In this document: positions 10,373 to 19,656 of the stretch, piece after piece | How the letters are laid out: every line of letters begins with the position of its first letter | How positions within the stretch are numbered: the stretch's first letter is position 1 | NCBI GenBank assembly: GCA_902520385.1 | Contig: CABYOB010000001.1 | Coordinates: 14,409-78,408 of the forward strand | From: an uncultured Bacteroidota bacterium | GTDB lineage: Bacteria > Bacteroidota > Bacteroidia > Flavobacteriales > TMED113 | Length of the DNA stretch: 64,000 bases | Direction of reading: 5' to 3' | Position numbers and translations under genes: made by a program | The notes under the pieces: model-generated | Databases searched by the model: none | Told to the model about the DNA's origin: nothing | Seen by the model: only the letters and a program-made list of their open reading frames with translations

Positions 10373-11104
10373 TTATATTTTTCTCATTAGTTCTTTAAAC
10401 TCGTTACAATTAATTTGTTGTTTTGCATCACTCAATGCATTTTCGGGATTAGCGTGAGTTTCGATCATTAATCCGTCAAAGTTTAGCGAGATGGCTTTTT
10501 TTGAAATAGAATAAATTAGTTTTTTGTCACCACTTATATGACTTGGGTCGCAAATCAAATTTAATTCTGGAAAGGTCTCTTTTATAACTTTTATTAAATT
10601 CCATTTCGGACTATTTCTGTATTTTCTTTCTTTCATACAAAAAAAACCTCTATGAATAGCTTTAATTTTTTTTATTCCAGTATTTTTTAATCTTTCTATA
10701 GCTCCTATCCACAGATTTATATCAGGGTGAATAGGATTTTTAACCCATATTTCAACGTCTGTTCCTTTAATACTTTCACAAATTTCTTGTACATAAAATG
10801 GATTTACAGTAGTTCTAGCTCCAATCCAAAATACTTTTAAATCATGGTAAAGGGCTTGTTCTACATGTTTGGGAGTACCGACTTCAATAGCAACCGGAGT
10901 TCTGTATTTTTCTTCTATTTCAGACAGCCATTTTAAACCTTTATTTCCAATACCTTTGAAGTGATTAGCATTAGTTCTTGCTTTCCAAATCCCACATCTA
11001 AAAAAGTCAATTTCCGAATAAATATTTTTTATAGTTTCATTTAGTTCCTTTTTTGAACTTATACTGCACGGGCCAGCAATGATTAGTTGTTTTTTTTTAT
11101 TCAT
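10373..11104 (-). CDS. 3-deoxy-7-phosphoheptulonate (DAHP) synthase, type I-beta-like, unfused
   Basis: IIAGPCSI N-terminus, DPSHISG and ETHANPENALSDAKQQ motifs of the DAHPS/KDO8PS family. At 243 aa there is no room for a fused chorismate mutase domain. Confidence 0.7.
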   Translation of the reverse strand: MNKKKQLIIAGPCSISSKKELNETIKNIYSEIDFFRCGIWKARTNANHFKGIGNKGLKWLSEIEEKYRTPVAIEVGTPKHVEQALYHDLKVFWIGARTTVNPFYVQEICESIKGTDVEIWVKNPIHPDINLWIGAIERLKNTGIKKIKAIHRGFFCMKERKYRNSPKWNLIKVIKETFPELNLICDPSHISGDKKLIYSISKKAISLNFDGLMIETHANPENALSDAKQQINCNEFKELMRKI

Positions 11105-11762
11105 TTTTCCCTTTTATAATAATAATATATTCTCCTTTTAAATTTGTTTTTTTTATTTTTTCAATTACATCAATTGGATAACCCCTATATAATTTTTCAT
11201 AAATTTTAGATAACTCTTTAGCTACAGCAATTTCTCTATTTGGAATGATTTCATGAATTATTTCTAACGTTTTTAATAATCGATGAGGGGATTCATATAT
11301 AACCACACTTCTTGACTCTTCGCTTAAATTTTTTATACGTTTTTGCTTACCTTTTTTTTTTGGAAGAAATCCTTCGAAAACAAATTTTTCGCAAGAGAAT
11401 CCAGATTGTATTAATGCAGGAATTAGAGCTGTAGGTCCAGGTAAACAAGATATTCTAATTTTTAATTTTATGCATTTTCGGATAATTAAATATCCAGGAT
11501 CAGAAATGCCCGGTGTCCCAGAATCTGATATTAAACAACTTATATTTACTGATTGAATTTTAGAAATAATATAATCTAATTTGTTAGATTCATTGTACAC
11601 GTTATTAATTATAACAGGTGCAGATATGTCATATTTTTTAAATAGTTTTTTACTTTTTTCAAAACTTTCAACAATTATCAAATCAGACTCTTTAAGAGTC
11701 TCAATAGATCGGAGGGTAATATCCTTTAAGTTTCCTATTGGTGTTGGAATAATATATAACAT
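11097..11762 (-). CDS. rsmI: 16S rRNA (cytidine1402-2'-O)-methyltransferase
   Basis: MLYIIPTPIGNLKDITLRSIETLKE and SDSGTPGISDPG motifs (tetrapyrrole-methylase fold, RsmI family). Confidence 0.85.
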   Translation of the reverse strand: MLYIIPTPIGNLKDITLRSIETLKESDLIIVESFEKSKKLFKKYDISAPVIINNVYNESNKLDYIISKIQSVNISCLISDSGTPGISDPGYLIIRKCIKLKIRISCLPGPTALIPALIQSGFSCEKFVFEGFLPKKKGKQKRIKNLSEESRSVVIYESPHRLLKTLEIIHEIIPNREIAVAKELSKIYEKLYRGYPIDVIEKIKKTNLKGEYIIIIKGKNE

Positions 11763-11867
11763 TCTAAAAATACATTATAAAAAATCGAATTTAATTAATT
11801 ATTTTTTTTTAAATAATTATAATAATTGTTTTCTTGTTAAATTGTATAAATAATTTATTTTAGATAC

Positions 11868-12398
11868 ATGGCAGGAAAGATAGAAATTATTACAGGATGT
11901 ATGTTTTCTGGAAAATCAACAGAGTTATTAAAAAGATTAAAAAACTCTTATAATAAATATTTATTAGTTAAACCAAAAATAGACATTCGATATGATTTAT
12001 CAAGTGTTTCTACTCATTCTGGAAAAAAAGAGTCAGCATTGGTTGTTGGTTCTGTATCAGAAGTGTTTAAAAATTTAAATGGAGTTAAAATTGTCGGGAT
12101 TGATGAGGCGCAATTTTTTACTATTAAAATTGTAAGAGATTGCATAGAATTAAAAAAATTAGGATTCAGGGTTATTATAGCAGGTTTAAATAAGGATTAT
12201 TTAAATAGGGAATTTAATTCCGTAACATCTTTAATAAAAATTGCCGACGAAACTACAAAATTATATGCAGTTTGTAACATATGCGCTGCTCCCGCAACAA
12301 GATCTCATAGACTTTCAAAAGAAAAAACTAAGATTTTATTAGGGCATAAAAATTATTACGAACCACTTTGTAAAAAATGCTATAATAATGTTAGATAA
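11868..12398 (+). CDS. tdk: thymidine kinase
   Basis: P-loop GCMFSGKSTEL, IDEAQFF, and C-terminal Zn-ribbon cysteines CNIC...CKKC. Confidence 0.9.
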   Translation: MAGKIEIITGCMFSGKSTELLKRLKNSYNKYLLVKPKIDIRYDLSSVSTHSGKKESALVVGSVSEVFKNLNGVKIVGIDEAQFFTIKIVRDCIELKKLGFRVIIAGLNKDYLNREFNSVTSLIKIADETTKLYAVCNICAAPATRSHRLSKEKTKILLGHKNYYEPLCKKCYNNVR

Positions 12399-13482
12399 AT
12401 ATTTTTCTACAAGACTAGAGATAAAAACAAATATTTTAAAGAATAATATAGATTATTTAAGAACTAAGATTGCAAAAAACACAGAAATTATAGCTGTTTT
12501 AAAAGCAAATGCTTATGGATTTGGTGACATTATGTTAGCAAAAAAAATTTTAAAGCATGGAATTAAAAATATTGCTGTAGCTGATTTTGAAGAGGGAATA
12601 AGGTTAAGAAAAAATGGTGTAAATTCATCAATAATGATTATGTACCCAGGTTTTAACAATTTAGAACCAATTATTTCTAATAATCTAGAGCCAACAATTT
12701 ATAGCCTGGAAATGTTAGATAATTTAATTTTTATTGCTAATAAATACAAAAAGAAGATATTTTTTCATTTAAAAGTTGATACAGGTATGAGTAGGTATGG
12801 TTTTTTACAAGTTGAAATAGAAGAGGCTATACAAAAAATAAGAATGCAAAAAAACTTAAAAATTAAAACAATTTTTTCTCATTTTTCTTCTTCAAAATCT
12901 AAAGAACATGTGTCATTTACAAAAGGTCAAATAGAAAAGTTTATAATTATAAAAAAAATATTCGAAGATAGGTTTTCGTACAAAATCAAGTATCATATAT
13001 CTAACTCACATGGTTTACTTAATTATAAAAATGAAAATTTTGATATGGTAAGAGTTGGTTTCGGATTGTATTACGGTTTTAATAATAAATATACAAGTTG
13101 TATTGGAGAGTTGAAATCTTGCATCTCTCAGATTAAACTTATTAAAAAAGGAGATGTGGTAGGCTATAATAAAAAATTTATTGCGAAAAAGAATATGAAA
13201 ATTGGAATTGTGCCAATGGGTTATGCTGATGGCTTAAGAAGATCTTGGGGAAATAATAAATTATCCTTTTTTAAAGGAAATGAATTTTTGCGAATATTAG
13301 GCGAGATTTCTATGGACAGTTGTATTGTTGATCTTTCAAGTTTGAAAAATATAAATGTTGGAGATGAAGTAATTTTATTTGGAAAATCTAGAAATATATT
13401 TAATCTATGCTCAGATTTAAATATAATACCTTATGAGTTGACTGCGTGTTTATCAAAAAGAATACGAAGAGTTTTAATTTAA
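12388..13482 (+). CDS. alr: alanine racemase
   Basis: PLP-lysine motif AVLKANAYGFG, MGYADG, and C-terminal YELTACLSKRIRR; 364 aa. Confidence 0.85.
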   Translation: MLDKYFSTRLEIKTNILKNNIDYLRTKIAKNTEIIAVLKANAYGFGDIMLAKKILKHGIKNIAVADFEEGIRLRKNGVNSSIMIMYPGFNNLEPIISNNLEPTIYSLEMLDNLIFIANKYKKKIFFHLKVDTGMSRYGFLQVEIEEAIQKIRMQKNLKIKTIFSHFSSSKSKEHVSFTKGQIEKFIIIKKIFEDRFSYKIKYHISNSHGLLNYKNENFDMVRVGFGLYYGFNNKYTSCIGELKSCISQIKLIKKGDVVGYNKKFIAKKNMKIGIVPMGYADGLRRSWGNNKLSFFKGNEFLRILGEISMDSCIVDLSSLKNINVGDEVILFGKSRNIFNLCSDLNIIPYELTACLSKRIRRVLI

Positions 13483-14793
13483 ATTTGTTTGATATTTTGT
13501 GAATAGTAAATAAGTGAATAAGCAAAAAAAGCATGCTGTATTATAAATCATTAGATAATCATTTATTATCATGCAAATCAGGATAAGTAATGGAAAAATC
13601 AATTTAAGAACTTTTTTTCTATTTTCATTAAAGAACATTTTTAATTGATTATAAAAAATTAAAAGAAATAGAACTAGTCCAATTACACCAAATTCAGTAA
13701 TTATATAGATATAATTATTATGAGGCTGTTTAATGCTATTCTCATTTATTATTTTTTTTACTCCCCCAACACCCTTTCCAATTAAAAAGTTTTTAAAAAT
13801 CGGATTTTTATAATTTTCCCATATAGAATACCTCTTTCCCATGCTACTTATTTTTCTTTTTTTGATCACTTGATTTTCCCAATCTTTATCAGCATTAATT
13901 TTTTGTGTCCAAAAATCAGGACTTCCGCCCAATGAATCTGCCATGTAAATGGCATCTTCTTGTATTTTTTCATAATTTGTTCTTGTGTCCATTTGAAAAT
14001 TGAATGTAGTTTGAATTCGATTTTTAAAAGGGCTTGAAAAAAATAAAAAAGAGATTAAAAATAGTGTTGAACATAGTACTATATGTTTTTTTTTAGGAGG
14101 ATTATAAAATATTAAAAAAACAGGAGAGAGAATCAAAAGAGTAAATAAACCCGTTCTGCCGAAACTATTAAAAAGAAATAATATTAGTAAAAAAACAATA
14201 ACATATATATTAATTTTTAAAAAGTCATATTTGGTTTTCTTGATGCTAAATAAATATGTTAGTAATATAAATACAGAAAATGAGATCATTATAGAAAGGT
14301 TAGAATGATCGATAAAACCTCTAAAGAAAAATTCATTTCGGTAATGATCATGTTTTAATAAAAATAAGCTATTTATAAGTCCAATTTGCTTTAAACCAGA
14401 GATTAAAAAAGAGTATATAATATTAAATAGTATACCACTTACGAAAAAAAAAGCAGATATTTTTTTAACCTCTTCTTTATAGTTTAAAAAATTTAGAAGA
14501 GGAATAAGTAATAGAATTGAATATTTTTTAATTGATGTGAAAGTAAAATTATGATCAGACCAGATTAAACTTATTATAATATATAAGTAGAAAAGGAAAA
14601 TAGATTTATTGATAGGGTTTAGCAAAACTTTTTTAAAATTTTCCGATTTCTTTTCAATAAACAAGCAAGAGAGAAAAAAAAATATAATAATAATTGCCGA
14701 GATACTATTTGATATACTTATAAAAAAGGCAAATAAAAAAAGAGGAAGATTGAATAATGAAAATTCCGGAAATTTATTTTTTAAATAATTCAT
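13474..14793 (-). CDS. O-antigen ligase (Wzy_C) family polytopic membrane protein
   Basis: About 10 or more hydrophobic segments. A large hydrophilic loop is followed by GKGVGG...PHNNYIYIITEFGVIGLVLF, which resembles the Wzy_C/O-antigen ligase signature. Confidence 0.55.
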   Translation of the reverse strand: MNYLKNKFPEFSLFNLPLFLFAFFISISNSISAIIIIFFFLSCLFIEKKSENFKKVLLNPINKSIFLFYLYIIISLIWSDHNFTFTSIKKYSILLLIPLLNFLNYKEEVKKISAFFFVSGILFNIIYSFLISGLKQIGLINSLFLLKHDHYRNEFFFRGFIDHSNLSIMISFSVFILLTYLFSIKKTKYDFLKINIYVIVFLLILFLFNSFGRTGLFTLLILSPVFLIFYNPPKKKHIVLCSTLFLISFLFFSSPFKNRIQTTFNFQMDTRTNYEKIQEDAIYMADSLGGSPDFWTQKINADKDWENQVIKKRKISSMGKRYSIWENYKNPIFKNFLIGKGVGGVKKIINENSIKQPHNNYIYIITEFGVIGLVLFLLIFYNQLKMFFNENRKKVLKLIFPLLILICMIINDYLMIYNTACFFCLFTYLLFTKYQTNLN

Positions 14794-14803
14794 TTATGTG
14801 AAA

Positions 14804-16435
14804 TCAATTTTTTAAAATTTTATTATAATTTTCTTTACCATCTAATGTTTGAATCGCCGCTTCGACAGTTTTGTCCAATTTCAGCATTGCCTCAATTCTT
14901 CCTTTGTTATAATAATATCTAACAACTAAATCAGATAATATAAGTTTGCTAATTTCCTCTTTATATTTTTTAATATCCCTTTGTTTTAACTTTTCAATTT
15001 CTTCTTTTAATAGTGTAATTAAACCACTTTTATGTAGAGCTTCTTTGTATCCTTCAAAATTCAGGATTTCATTTAAATCATCTATTTTTTTTTCAGATGA
15101 GGTTTCAAAATCAAATTTTTCTTTATTAATAAATTCGATAAAATCTTCATATACATTATCTGATATATTAAAATCAATTGGTTTATCAATTTTAGTGTGT
15201 GTTGAATAATAATGGTTCCCAAATTCAAAAATAAGTTGTTTTTGCATTAAGCTAAAAATAATTTTAGGGATGCTATCTAAATCAATTTTTATATCAGGGT
15301 CTATTCCGCCACCATCAAAAACAGAGCGTCCATTTTTAGTTTTAAATTCAGTTCTTAATGAATCAGGTAGAACTTTATTATCATTTGAGTAATTGATTGC
15401 TTGAATACATCTCCCAGATGGTGTATAGTATTTTGCAACTGTTAACTTTAGTTGCGAATTATAATTAAGTTTTTTAGTTTGCTGCACTAACCCCTTTCCA
15501 AATGTTTTATGACCAACCACAATCCCTCTATCTAAATCTTGTATTGTGCCTGCCACAATTTCTGATGCTGATGCAGAACCTTCATCAACTAAAACAATAA
15601 TAGGCAATTCAGTATTATATGCATTACTTTTAGTTTTATAAACTTTATTCCAGTCAGAATTTCTACCTTTTGTTTCTACGATCATAGTGTTTTTTTCTAT
15701 AAAAATGTTACATAATTTTATTGCTTCATTTAACAATCCTCCTGGATTTCCTCTTAAATCTAAAATTAACCCTTCTAAATTATTTTTTGCTTCTAAATCT
15801 AATAACGCAGAACGCACTTCATTTGAACAGTTTCTAGTAAATTTTGATAATTTTATATAACCATATTTGTCAATCATCCCAGAATAGGGAACGCTGGAAA
15901 TTTTAATTTTTTCTCTAGTTATTTCTAAATTTAGCAACTCTTCATGATTCAGTCGTTGCACTTGCACATTAACTTTTTTCCCAGGTTCACCTTTTAAGAG
16001 TTTGCTAACATCCCCAACAGTTTTATTTTTCATTAAAACATCATCAATTTTAACTATTTTATCTCCAATTTTAAGCCCAGCTTTATCCGCTGGAAAATCT
16101 TTATATGGTTCAGCAATAACAACATATTCATTAATTTTTCTTATTAATGAGCCAATGCCACCGTACTGCCCAGTGGTTTGAAATCTAAAGTCTTCAATTT
16201 CTGATTCAGGAATATATTGTGTGTATGGGTCCAGTTCTTTTAACATTGAATCTATAGCTTTTTCCATTAAATTACCAGGTTCAGTATCATCCACGTAATA
16301 TGTATTTAGTTCTTTAAATACATTATTGAATATTTCTAAATTTTTGCTTATTTCAAAATAAGTTGATTGACCAAAAGATGAAGATGAAATCATCATAAGA
16401 GCAAAAAATAAAGACAAAATATTTTTATAATTCAT
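14804..16435 (-). CDS. S41 family C-terminal processing peptidase
   Basis: Signal peptide, PDZ-like GLKIGDKIVKIDD, LDLRGNPGGLL and EGSASASEI catalytic-Ser region, KTFGKG. Confidence 0.85.
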   Translation of the reverse strand: MNYKNILSLFFALMMISSSSFGQSTYFEISKNLEIFNNVFKELNTYYVDDTEPGNLMEKAIDSMLKELDPYTQYIPESEIEDFRFQTTGQYGGIGSLIRKINEYVVIAEPYKDFPADKAGLKIGDKIVKIDDVLMKNKTVGDVSKLLKGEPGKKVNVQVQRLNHEELLNLEITREKIKISSVPYSGMIDKYGYIKLSKFTRNCSNEVRSALLDLEAKNNLEGLILDLRGNPGGLLNEAIKLCNIFIEKNTMIVETKGRNSDWNKVYKTKSNAYNTELPIIVLVDEGSASASEIVAGTIQDLDRGIVVGHKTFGKGLVQQTKKLNYNSQLKLTVAKYYTPSGRCIQAINYSNDNKVLPDSLRTEFKTKNGRSVFDGGGIDPDIKIDLDSIPKIIFSLMQKQLIFEFGNHYYSTHTKIDKPIDFNISDNVYEDFIEFINKEKFDFETSSEKKIDDLNEILNFEGYKEALHKSGLITLLKEEIEKLKQRDIKKYKEEISKLILSDLVVRYYYNKGRIEAMLKLDKTVEAAIQTLDGKENYNKILKN

Positions 16436-16446
16436 AGTTATAATTT

Positions 16447-16656
16447 TTATGGAACAGGGTCGTGCCCTGACCCTCCAAAAGGATGGCAGGATACTATTCT
16501 TTTAAAAGTAAGAGAAAGACCTTTTAATATTCCGTGTTTTTTTAAAGATTGAATACAATAATTAGAACATGTTGGATGGTATCTACAATTACTTCCAATA
16601 AATGGAGAAATAGATACTTGATAAATTTTTACTATTAAGATTAACATGTATTTCAT
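16447..16656 (-). CDS. yidD: membrane protein insertion efficiency factor
   Basis: 69 aa with CRYHPTCSNY and HPFGGSGHDPVP motifs; directly downstream of rnpA. Confidence 0.85.
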   Translation of the reverse strand: MKYMLILIVKIYQVSISPFIGSNCRYHPTCSNYCIQSLKKHGILKGLSLTFKRIVSCHPFGGSGHDPVP

Positions 16657-16991
16657 ATACCAAAAGCTAAATTTTCAAATAATAATATATCTTTTTCTAA
16701 TTTAATATATTTTACTGGTTTTAAATGATTGTATATAATAATTACTTTTCCATTAAGATTATGCTGTTCTTTTTTTTTAAAATAGAAAGCTTTTATTTTT
16801 CTTTTTATATTATTCCTATCAACAGCTCGTCTAATTTTTTTTTTAGGAACTGAAATTAATAATTCTGGCTTAATATTTTTATTTTTTATATATATAAACT
16901 TTAAGTATTTACCTGATGTATGATTTCCTTTTTTTAGAATTTGCTTTATTTCTGTAGCAGAAGAAATCATGTGTATTTTTTTAGAATTCAT
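16653..16991 (-). CDS. rnpA: ribonuclease P protein component
   Basis: 112 aa, basic, KKIRRAVDRNNIKRKIK (RNR-like motif region); position upstream of yidD. Confidence 0.75.
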   Translation of the reverse strand: MNSKKIHMISSATEIKQILKKGNHTSGKYLKFIYIKNKNIKPELLISVPKKKIRRAVDRNNIKRKIKAFYFKKKEQHNLNGKVIIIYNHLKPVKYIKLEKDILLFENLAFGI

Positions 16992-17010
16992 AAAAATAAA
17001 ACCAAATATT

Positions 17011-17052
17011 AAAATAAAAATTAGATTATTTTTTTGATAAAAAATAATCTAA
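17011..17052 (-). terminator. long A/U-rich hairpin plus U-tract at the 3' end of the HemD-like gene
   Basis: Perfect 14-bp inverted repeat ttagattatttttt / aaaaaataatctaa (17021-17034 pairs with 17039-17052, loop tgat). On the minus strand it is followed by UUUUUAUUUU. It embeds the last 8 codons and the stop. There is only one G-C pair, so stability is doubtful. Confidence 0.3.
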
Positions 17053-17769
17053 GCAAGAAAGCATGGAAAGGTTTTTTTCATTCGGAGCTTTTAGTGCTAC
17101 AGTTAAGTTTTTATTTTCAGCGTATTTTTGGGTGACTTTGCCAAAACAAGCAATTAAAATTTCATGATCTTTTGTAAACAATTCCGGAAAATTTTGAATA
17201 ACAGAGTCAACGTCAATCGGGCTAAATAATACTACCATATCATATGAAAATCTTTTGATAGCACTTTTTTTAGGAAGAGTTTTAAAAAAAACACCTCTGG
17301 TATAATTTATTTCAAGACTGTCAAGGAATTCAATTGTTTTTATATTTGTATTTTCTGCTGAGGGAAGTAAGAACTTTTCTGTATTATGTTTTTCAATTAC
17401 TTCTTGTAAATCCTGTATTTTTTTTCCGCCAACATAAATTTTTCTTTTTCTATATGCCGTGTATTTCTGAAGATAAAAAGAAACTGCTTCAGAAACACAG
17501 AAATATTTCATAGTATTAGGGACCGTAAATCTCATTTCTTCACAAATCCTAAAGAAGTGATCAATTGCTATTCTACTAGTAAAAATTATTGCGGAAAAGT
17601 TATTTACATTTATTTTTTGCAACCTAATGTCACGCACCTTTGATCCTGCAATTTCAATTAGATGATCAAATTTGATTTTAATACTATGTTTATGTGCAAG
17701 ATCAGCATAAGCGTTGTTTTTACTTTGAGGTTCAGGCTGTGAGATTAATATTTTTTTAATTTTTTTCAT
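17026..17769 (-). CDS. uroporphyrinogen-III synthase (HemD)-like protein
   Basis: 247 aa. The N-terminus KILISQPEPQSKNNAYADLAHKHSIKIKFDHLIEI resembles the Bacteroidota HemD-like family as I remember it. Paired with a DUF4271-type membrane protein. Assignment is from memory of family sequences, not from a search. Confidence 0.55.
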   Translation of the reverse strand: MKKIKKILISQPEPQSKNNAYADLAHKHSIKIKFDHLIEIAGSKVRDIRLQKINVNNFSAIIFTSRIAIDHFFRICEEMRFTVPNTMKYFCVSEAVSFYLQKYTAYRKRKIYVGGKKIQDLQEVIEKHNTEKFLLPSAENTNIKTIEFLDSLEINYTRGVFFKTLPKKSAIKRFSYDMVVLFSPIDVDSVIQNFPELFTKDHEILIACFGKVTQKYAENKNLTVALKAPNEKNLSMLSCLDYFLSKK

Positions 17770-18389
17770 TTTAGGATAAAATAAAATGCAATTATAGGGA
17801 TGAATTCAAGAATACAAATATATGAAATAATATGAATAAATTTCAAACCTATATAATTGTTTGATTTTATAACAAACCAGAGTTTCATAATTATTAAAAA
17901 AATTAAAAATAGAATAGAGATTATAACATTTAAATTATGGCTCATAAAGTTAGAGTATGAAATAATGAGTAGAATGGGAAAAAAATAAATAGAAATAAAA
18001 GTTTTAATATCAATGTTAATGATTGAGATCTTCATGTATTTTGCATATTTATTAATTGAAAGCCCAAAAACTAAAATCAGTATATGTTGTATAATGAAAA
18101 AACAAAATACGTTTACTAATAATATTACAAATTTATTAATTGATAGATCTGTATATAGTAATGCAACAAATGAATTTGTTATAAGAGTTGTTAATATAAA
18201 GTTTAGAAACCTTAGAAAGCTGAAATTTGTGTTTCTTTGGAAATAAAGAAAAGCATAATTTTCTTTTGTGTTAAAGGGGATTGACAATAAACTTGTTATT
18301 TGTTTTCTATTAGAATTAAAGGCTGTTGATAAAATTAAAATAATAAGCAACAAATAAATTGAATATATATCGTGATTTATAAAAGACAC
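17766..18389 (-). CDS. polytopic membrane protein (DUF4271-like)
   Basis: 207 aa, about 6 hydrophobic segments, GTG start, 4-nt overlap with the HemD-like gene. Confidence 0.45.
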   Translation of the reverse strand: MSFINHDIYSIYLLLIILILSTAFNSNRKQITSLLSIPFNTKENYAFLYFQRNTNFSFLRFLNFILTTLITNSFVALLYTDLSINKFVILLVNVFCFFIIQHILILVFGLSINKYAKYMKISIINIDIKTFISIYFFPILLIISYSNFMSHNLNVIISILFLIFLIIMKLWFVIKSNNYIGLKFIHIISYICILEFIPIIAFYFILK

Positions 18390-18410
18390 AAAAAAAATTA
18401 TTTTTCATTT

Positions 18411-18418
18411 CAAAGTTA
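18411..18418 (-). promoter_or_regulatory. candidate -7 promoter box (TAACTTTG on minus strand)
   Basis: Plus strand caaagtta, 21 nt upstream of the GTG start at 18389, in a divergent intergenic region. Confidence 0.35.
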
Positions 18419-18468
18419 ATAAAATTGAATTTGAAAAATTTAAAACTTATTTTAGTATAAAAAAACTC

Positions 18469-19647
18469 ATGGCATTAGATTTATTTGAAGCACCAGATTA
18501 TTTTAAACTTGATGATTTATTAACCAATGAACATAAATTGGTTCGCGATACTACTAGAAATTGGGTTAAGAAAGAAGTTTCTCCAATTATAGAAGAAAGT
18601 TGCCAGAAAGCAGAATTTCCTAAGCATTTAATTAGTGGATTAGCCGATATAGGTGCTTTTGGACCATATATTCCAGCCAATTATGGAGGGGCTGGATTAG
18701 ATCAAATTTCTTATGGATTAATTATGCAAGAATTAGAAAGAGGAGATAGTGGCATAAGGTCAACAGCATCTGTTCAATCTTCACTTGTTATGTATCCAAT
18801 ATTTAAATATGGATCTGAAGATCAAAGAAATAAATATTTACCAAAATTAGCTTCAGGTGACATGGTAGGTTGTTTTGGGCTAACTGAGCCAGATCATGGT
18901 TCGAATCCTGCGGGTATGGTAACGAATTTTGTTGATAAAGGAGATTATTTTTTACTTAATGGTTCTAAATTATGGATCTCTAATTCTCCTTTTGCAGATA
19001 TTGCTATAGTCTGGGCAAAAAATGAAAATGGTAGAATTAAGGGCTTGATTGTGGAAAGAGGGATGGAAGGCTTTACTACTCCAGAAACTCATAACAAATG
19101 GAGCCTAAGAGCTTCAGCAACGGGTGAGCTAGTTTTTGATAATGTAAAGGTTCCAAAAGAAAATTTATTACCAGAAAAAGATGGCTTAGGAGCCCCGCTC
19201 GGTTGCTTAGACTCTGCTAGATACGGAATAGCGTGGGGAGCAATTGGTGCTGCTATGGATTGCTATGATACAGCCTTAAGGTATGCTAAGGAACGAATTC
19301 AATTTGGAAAGCCCATAGGCTCTTTTCAATTACAACAAAAAAAATTAGCAGAAATGATTACAGAAATTACAAAAGCTCAATTTATAACTTGGAGATTAGG
19401 TGTGCTGAGAAATGAAAATAAAGCTACTTCTGCTCAAATATCTATGTGTAAAAGAAATAATGTTGAAATTGCTTTAGATATTGCAAGAAACGCTAGACAA
19501 ATTTTAGGAGGGATGGGAATTACAGGAGAATATTCCATCATGCGTCATATGATGAATTTAGAATCAGTCGTGACTTACGAAGGTACTCACGATATCCATT
19601 TATTAATAACAGGATTAGATATTACAGGCTTAAGTGCTTTTTCTTAA
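18469..19647 (+). CDS. acyl-CoA dehydrogenase, glutaryl-CoA dehydrogenase-like
   Basis: CFGLTEPDHGSNPAGM and TYEGTHDIHLLITG motifs; 392 aa. Confidence 0.85.
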   Translation: MALDLFEAPDYFKLDDLLTNEHKLVRDTTRNWVKKEVSPIIEESCQKAEFPKHLISGLADIGAFGPYIPANYGGAGLDQISYGLIMQELERGDSGIRSTASVQSSLVMYPIFKYGSEDQRNKYLPKLASGDMVGCFGLTEPDHGSNPAGMVTNFVDKGDYFLLNGSKLWISNSPFADIAIVWAKNENGRIKGLIVERGMEGFTTPETHNKWSLRASATGELVFDNVKVPKENLLPEKDGLGAPLGCLDSARYGIAWGAIGAAMDCYDTALRYAKERIQFGKPIGSFQLQQKKLAEMITEITKAQFITWRLGVLRNENKATSAQISMCKRNNVEIALDIARNARQILGGMGITGEYSIMRHMMNLESVVTYEGTHDIHLLITGLDITGLSAFS

Positions 19648-19656
19648 AAATTAAAT

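Noticed and set aside
11581-11853. 90-aa plus-strand ORF
   Set aside because: Mostly antisense to rsmI; no recognisable motif. The tdk promoter region is the more plausible use of its 3' part.
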